From: Marsupella aquatica
Taxonomy: Eukaryota; Plantae; Marchantiophyta
Reading direction: 5' to 3'
Assembly: GCA_973895155.1 (NCBI GenBank)
Contig: OZ316895.1
Location: forward strand, 186,001-250,000
Length of the DNA stretch: 64,000 nt
A program made the position numbers and the translations under genes. A model generated the notes under the pieces. The model was not told the origin of the DNA, searched no databases, and saw only the letters and a program-made list of their open reading frames with translations. Numbering within the stretch: the first letter of the stretch is position 1; each line of letters starts with the position of its first letter. Positions 57,366-64,000 of the stretch are shown here, piece after piece.

Positions 57366-60300
57366 CAGGGTAGATAATCAGGAATAGAGGGATTTATGAT
57401 ATGATGACTGATTGACGGGAGGGCTGTTGACATTTGTGTGACCATGAATTGCCTTGGGGTTGGGCCACCTGTCCTGGGCCTGTGTGTAGGCTTTCTGTGC
57501 TGGTTGTTGATTGGGTGAATCTTTTTTGGTCTTCTATGTATCCTCTGCCATGGGGTTTTTGTGGCCAATATATTAAAAAATATACAAAATGTTGTAAGGA
57601 GAGTGAGTGTTGCCAATCCGGTTGCTGCGTAGTCGTCGCCATGCATTTTTGTGAAGAAAGAGACTACTAACAATTGCTTATGTTGCCAAATTTGATGTGT
57701 GGTTGGTTGCTGCAAGGGTAGTATATATCTGTGGATCCGACAAGGCAGGGCAGATTGTCGACGCGGCCGGCTGTCTACTGCGTTCTGTTGTGAAGAAAAC
57801 GGAGGACCAAAACTGGAAATGTTGCAAAAATTGGATTGAGTCTCGACGTAGTGAAGCGGGCGTGAAGGGCTCACTCTTTGACTCATCTTGATGGCTCACT
57901 CTTTGGCTCATCTTGGCATTTCGAGGCTTTGAGGCGATTTGGGACAAGAGGGCAGAGTAGGAGCGGGCGGGCCAGCAAGCCAGCTTGCTAATACGTGAGG
58001 AGAATTGCAAGTGCTATCATTTTGGGGTGACAGATTTGGTGCATAATAACAAGTGAGAGGTCACCGATCCCAAAGCTATTCCTCCCCTCACGCGCTTAAG
58101 TAGCTAGTTCTTATGTGGTGCATTGTACATGTTTCCTTCCACACTTGGTATCCAAGGAATGAGGTCCTACTAGGGTTTTATGCACTTTTGAATCCATCTA
58201 AATATGAATTCGTTTGCGGTGGATTCTTATATAATTGATATTGGTTCCTTGAGGCCTATTATGAAGGCCCTGCATTGAACATTATGAACATTGTTTGATC
58301 AATTTTGATCACTCTTGGTGTGGAGTGTGGAATGGCTCAATATAGGTTTATGTAAGAAACATTTTTTTGCTTTTTGAACAAGGAATAGTAAGAGAGACGT
58401 TTTAGTGTTAGCAAAGTATTTAGGGTTTGCAACCCTAAGTAACTAGGGAAGGCTAGTAGGAAATAATACAAGGGAGAAGATATCATGTTCCAAAAAAATG
58501 TCAATAGATAAGTAAGGTCTTTATGGTAGGGTAGAAAATGTTTCGTCCTTAGTTAGAATAGGCGACTAAATTGGGTCGGAAAATGACCCGACACTTGAAG
58601 TCTTAGTTTTGGTTAAAGATTTTTCCCATAGGTGCTAGGAGGTTCTTAGAGCACCCCTATGAAGACGACGTCAAGTGGGGTCTCAACCTAGGGTTTCCTT
58701 GTCTTTCGATGAGACTTAAATTAACAAGATAGCGGGTCCCGGGAAAAATAGCTAATGGGGAAAAGTAGGGATTCCAAGCTGGAGAGTGGGTTAAATATGG
58801 TCCACTCTATCCCTGGAAACTTGTGGGAGAACTTGGTAACCTTTGGTTACTTTTTGGGAGCATCTCACAGTTGAGAAGAATTTTGGAAAACATAATAATT
58901 AACCCTCTTTACCTAATTTTAGAAAATTGTTTATAAGGTTTTGTGTAGATATTAGTAAACCAGGATATAGTCCTATGTCTATAAAATGTGTGTATATTAG
59001 AAGTAATTTTGGACTCATGTGTGAGTTTTGGGGGCGGTCCAAAACGGCCTGAAATGGCTGTTTTTTCCACAAAAAAACGACATTTTTTCTAAGTGTAAAA
59101 CGGTCAACGCGGCTATGACGAAATGACGACGAGGCAGGCAATAAGCACGTAATGCTTCATGGCTGAGTGGAAAATTGAAGCTATGGTGGGCTGCGATATT
59201 GGCTGGCTGATTAGGACACGAGATGCTATGAAGGTCCTAGACCAGCAGTGAATTGAAGGAAGGGCCGCTTGAATTGACCTGGCTGCCGACTTTGTCACAA
59301 CATCTCCATTTAGAGGAACACTTCTCTTAAGTCAAACTCAACAGCATTGGAGAGTAGCATGTTCATCGCATCCTTGAACAACTTTGGGGAACCTGCCTGA
59401 TCAGCTGAACGGAAAGCCAGTTCCCATATTGTTGGACCTCTTCCTCTATTCAATCCTTTCCGATATGCGGTATATGCAACGACCTGAGATACAGCTCGAT
59501 TTTGATCCATTTCACATGCCTCAAAGATCCCAACCTTTTTTTCATTACCCATGCTTTCATTCCTGCGTGAACTGACTCTGATCCTATGCAGTTTGGAATC
59601 CTAGCGCCTTCTTCAGTACTTTTGTCCTAGAATGACAAAGTATAAAAACTAGTAAGCATCCGCTGAAGATACTAGCACCAGGCGCTAGTTAGAAAATTTG
59701 GATAAAACCATCAAATTATTGTGTAATCACATGTTTCTCAAAATAAATTATTCATATCTGGTCAATCTAGGAGAATGGATTACATGCTTTGGATATGGTG
59801 CTCAGGAATTGAATGTTCAGGAGTGGAATTGTATTGTACTTCTACAAGGGAAACCGACTTGCATATTACTAGCGTCGAGCGCTATTATTCACCAATCGAA
59901 TAAATTTCCCCACTGCCTCCAACGCACAACCCACCACGATATCCAACTTTGAAGCATTCAAAGCTTTCCAAGGAAGTAGTTACCAGACTGCCACCTTAGG
60001 TCAATCTCTCTTGAAAGTCGGTAGGCCTCCACAAATGTTGATGCATTACGTATTTTATCCCATAGCATTCAATGTTCTGTCTGCTTCTCTTCCAACACTC
60101 CTTCAACAGAATGGCAATGAAATGCTTGGTAAAAATGAAAAGCGTCAGTCCGCTCCCGTTCAAGGTTTAATTGGGTGCCCTAAAAAAAACATTCTGGATT
60201 GCCAAAAAATCGCTAGCCAAAAAATTGTTAGCCAAAATCTCCCAAAAAATCGCTAGCCAAAATCTCCCCAAAAAAAGTTTCTTCAAAAAATCAGGAAAAA

Positions 60301-61085
60301 ATGGCCGCAAAAAAGTGCCACCCATTTCCCTGTTACCAGTTTTTTTTCCTGTTACCAGTTTCTGTTATTTATTCTTGTTTTTTGTAAACACCTCGATACA
60401 ATAGCCTTTTCTAGAGCTCAAAGGGGATGTGTGGACCCAAACCAAGGCCAGGGGGGCAAGGTGAGGAGTAACACTAGTTTGAGGGTCTTGAGGAAACTTA
60501 AGCTTGAAGAGGAAAGTACTTTGGGTTCTTGGGTGTTTGTGTGAGAATCTACTCTAAGGTGACAGCTTGGAGTGGAGATCCCCCTTGCTGATCCTAGGAG
60601 AGTGTGAGTGCAAAAGTAGTCAAGGGAACTATCTCTCTAGAAGTGGAGAGCTGAAACTACTTATGTATGGGGTGATTAGACATTGTAAGCATATTTCAAA
60701 AGTTTTGTCAATCCTTTGTGACCCTAGTATGATAGGGAGCAGGTAATAGGTAGTTTTTTTAGGAGAAAAATCACTTAAGCTCCTAGTCAAGTGTTTGACA
60801 TGGAGAGTTGTTGTTTATCCATTTTTGTTGTTGGACTCTCTCCACACATGCTTCTTGCCCACACGTCATGTTAGTTTTGTGTGGGTGTTTGATTCCATAT
60901 GAGTGATTTGGATTAATTTGCAACCGAACACTCTAGTTGTGTTGTGTATTTCTCTCATGGTGATGTTGGAGTGATGCCCAACACACCATGGTGAGTGCTT
61001 GTGGTGCTGGTAGGGACAAATTGCCCAATTAGGGTTAGCACATAGAATAGATTGATGACTATGATTTTTTGATTGTTCATCATGG

Positions 61086-63641
61086 TGTGGTGCGTCCCAT
61101 GGCTCCCTAAACCCAAGAAACCCCTCTGCACAAGCCGATTCCCGCAGGTTTCGCTCTTGGCAAGGCCGATTTTGCGGCTTAATGGCATGGGACGCTGCTA
61201 ACTTCCTTCTACTACTATTACTATTAATATTTTACTCACATATACTGGACAGATCCTTCATCGGGTCATGAGATACGTAGCCGGTCTATTCTAGGCCTTC
61301 CCTTTTCCTCCTCTCTTGGTTTTCCTTTAGGTATGTTTGGATTCTGCCGCCGGAATGATCCCCAACTGGCTTGGATAAGCCGCTAAGACCTCTCTCAGCT
61401 CGACACATCCAACTCTTACTACCTTGCTTACTCCCTTCTTGGTTGATGTGGGCAATCTTCAAACAGGTTAATGCGACACACAAATAGCAAAATGACTCCT
61501 TATGACTGAGTTATACCATGCACTTGCCATACAAACAGTACTTCTCATACAAGATCTGCGAACTAAGCCATGAGGCCAACTCTATTCATCTCTTAGGTAT
61601 GAGAAAACATGAATATTCACAAGGGTCACAGTATAACTAACCGAGAGCTTCTTTAACTACTTGATCTCAGCCCTGCTGGTGCACTAAAAACTTGCTAAGG
61701 AAGAAGGCCCTGAACTCCCCGCTGCCCAGGTACTTATCCTAGTAGTGGATTCGCCTAATTCCTTGCAACATAAGCCTAATCTACCTAACTGAATCTACCT
61801 AAATGTACAGCGAGGCAGGAGCACAAGTGTTGCTCTTACCAGTGGATCCGCAATCCCACTAAGTTAAGTGTCAGGGCCGCCCCTTGGTCCTGATCCTAAT
61901 TCTAAACTTGGAGATCTGAGCCCACCCTGCCCACTCACGCCTCCTCCCTCCATGTCCGCCCTCCTTAAAAGGAGCGGCCCTCCACCACTGTCATGGCAGC
62001 GGTGTCTGGTCCTCAATGGACGCCCCCAACGCTTCCTCCGCAGCCACTACCGTAGGTCCATTCTCTGACAGATTACCTGCTCCGGACCGAGTCAACTCTC
62101 CATCGGCCTGACTGGGTCCACCCTCGGCTTCGGCCTCAGCATCGGCCACGGCCTCTGATACGGCTACGGTCTCCCCGACATGCTCTAGTGGTGGATCCGG
62201 TACCCTGGCTTCATCACCGAGTATCCTGGCCTCGGCTTTGCCATCCCCGCCTTCTAGGGCAGTTGGATCCTCTACCGTGATCCTGCCTGAGGTTGGTGTT
62301 GGGTTTACCTCCTTGGTCACGACGGCTTGAGGAGCCGTATTACTCCCTGACCCAGAAGGTTTCCGCTTCTTCTTCTTCCTTGGTTCGGCAGCTGGCCCCT
62401 TCCCCTTGCCACTTACCTCCGGCACCGGTGCGAGTATCTCGGCTTGTCCTTCAGCCAGTACTACTCCTGGAAACTTGGTTGCCCCTATTGGAGTTGGACC
62501 TGAGGAAGCCAAGCACTTAAATACTGCGGCCTGTTTCTTCAACCACTCCATTTGGTTGTCGGCTTGCCGCTGTAAGTTCTCCATCTTCCGCGTGCTTTCC
62601 TCCAACTCCTCCTTAAATTCATCCAGGTCCTTGCGCGCCTCCTTCTGCTCCTTCTGGGCTTCCTCCAATTCCTTCTTTAAGGTAGCCCTCTCCTCCTGGG
62701 TTGCTCTCAGCTCCTTGTCGAGCTCCGTAACGACCTCAGACTCCATTTTATTCATCTTGGCATAAGTTTGATCAAGCTGGTCGTCTTTCTCACGCAGGTC
62801 GGCCTTGAAGCTGGCCGTCAGGGATGCAAGCTTCTGCCGCAGCACGATAATTGCCTGATAGGATTTCCCTAACTCGGCCTCCTTCTGCTCAAGGGCACCG
62901 CGGATATCCTTGAGTTCCCCCTTCAGCGCCCTTTCCCTTCTCTGAGTTTCCGCCATGGCCCGATTGTTGGCTGCTATGTGGGCCTCCTCTGCGTCTCTCA
63001 GCTCTCGCTTCCACTTCTCCTTCTCCTTGATCAAATCGGCCAACTCTCCTTGGGTCCGAGTCAGTTTATCCTTGATAATCTGATTATTAGACTGCGCGGT
63101 ATCCAATTGCCCCTGCATGATGTTGAGCTCATGCCGCTTAATCCGCAACTCATCTTGGGCTTTCTTGGTCGCCTTCAGGTCTTCTACCTTGGCTTCCCTT
63201 GCCCTAAGCCGACGGATGACCTCATTCTTCTTGCTTCTCTCCAAAGCCACCGCTTCTTCTAATCGGCGCTTCTCCAACATTTTCCTCTGGAAAAAGGGTC
63301 CCTGCTCCAACTCCTCCCCAAAGATGCCGAGCGCAAGTTCCCCACACATCTCCCCGTACTCCATGGCTCGTTCTTTAGCATAGGCGGAGTGAGTAGAAGT
63401 CATCGGCATCATCCATCATGGCCTTTGTTCCCAAGCCGCCTTGCAGATTTCTTCTATTGTGGCTGGAGGGTTGCTTCATTTTTCTGCGAGCCGCATGATG
63501 TGCTCCGACCATTCTCCCCCATGGTAAATCTTTCTCCCTAGCCAGGGCTGCCTTCTCTTCCTCCCTGAGTCGCTCCTGAAACTCTTGTGCTATCTGTTTT
63601 ATGCCGTCAAAGCTCGGGGGAGCGACATCTGGTGGGGGAGA
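61086..63641 (-). mobile_element. Family A giant LTR, copy A4 (3' half), interrupted by A5
   Basis: TGTGGTGCGTCCC terminus at 61086 and a 473-aa open coiled-coil segment at 61991-63412. Confidence 0.92.
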
Positions 63642-64000
63642 TGTGGTGCGTCCCATGGCTCCCTAAACCCAAGAAACCCCCCAGCTCAAGCCGATTCCCG
63701 CAGGTTTCGTGCTTGGCGAGGCTGTTTCCGCGGCTTAGCGACATGGGACGCTGCTAACCTTCTACTACTACTATTAACATTTTACACACATATACTGGAC
63801 AGATCCTTCATCGGGTCATGAGATACGTAGCCGGCCTAAGCTAGGCCTTCCCCTGTCTTCCCCTCCATCTTGATAGGTATGTTTGGATTCCGCCGCCGGA
63901 ATGATCCCCAATAGGCTTGGTTAAGCCGCTAAGACCTCTCTCAGCTCGACACATCCAACTCTCACTCCCCTGCTTACTTTCCTTCCTTCTGTTGATGTGG
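63642..64000 (-). mobile_element. Family A giant LTR, copy A5, runs off the window
   Basis: TGTGGTGCGTCCC terminus at 63642, collinear with 46472 onward. Confidence 0.92.

Larger units (their letters stand above)
25189..57598 (+). mobile_element. Single L1-type LINE insertion with inverted 5' part, split by a 26.7-kb nest of elements
   Basis: 16-bp direct repeat GAGAGTGAGTGTTGCC at 25173-25188 and 57599-57614, A-rich tail at ~57573-57589, and ORF1, endonuclease, RT and zf-RVT pieces in between. Confidence 0.8.

Noticed and set aside
57600-61085. Short ORFs, an SPCIFVKK RT-like peptide and CGCTAGCCAAAA repeats
   Set aside because: Too degenerate to classify; probably old TE debris, partly similar to 24990-25070 and to the 0.6-0.9 kb palindromes.

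Overview
Eukaryotic nuclear DNA from a land plant, most likely a moss, judged from the style of the PLS-PPR/DYW protein. The first ~18.5 kb has host genes among transposon debris: a REF/SRPP(LDAP)-like gene with an apparent frameshift, three remnant exons of a mitochondrial CPN60, an intact PLS-class PPR-E-DYW RNA-editing factor with recently amplified 303-bp PLS triplets, and a lone first exon of a mitochondrial uncoupling protein. From 25.2 to 57.6 kb lies one L1-type LINE with a 16-bp TSD and a twin-priming-type 5' inversion. A 26.7-kb nest of elements sits inside it: Ty3/Gypsy pieces, a Sola2-like DNA transposon with a multi-exon accessory gene, and two families of very large (4.0 and 4.6 kb) LTRs. 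The most unusual system is these LTRs. Each carries its own ~880-1200 codon ORF (PMD/plant-transposon-like core, Pro-rich linker, long coiled coil, NLS-like tail). The LTRs persist as TSD-flanked solo units and insert into one another, twice at essentially the same nucleotide. All family assignments come from motif recognition by eye; no database search was run.
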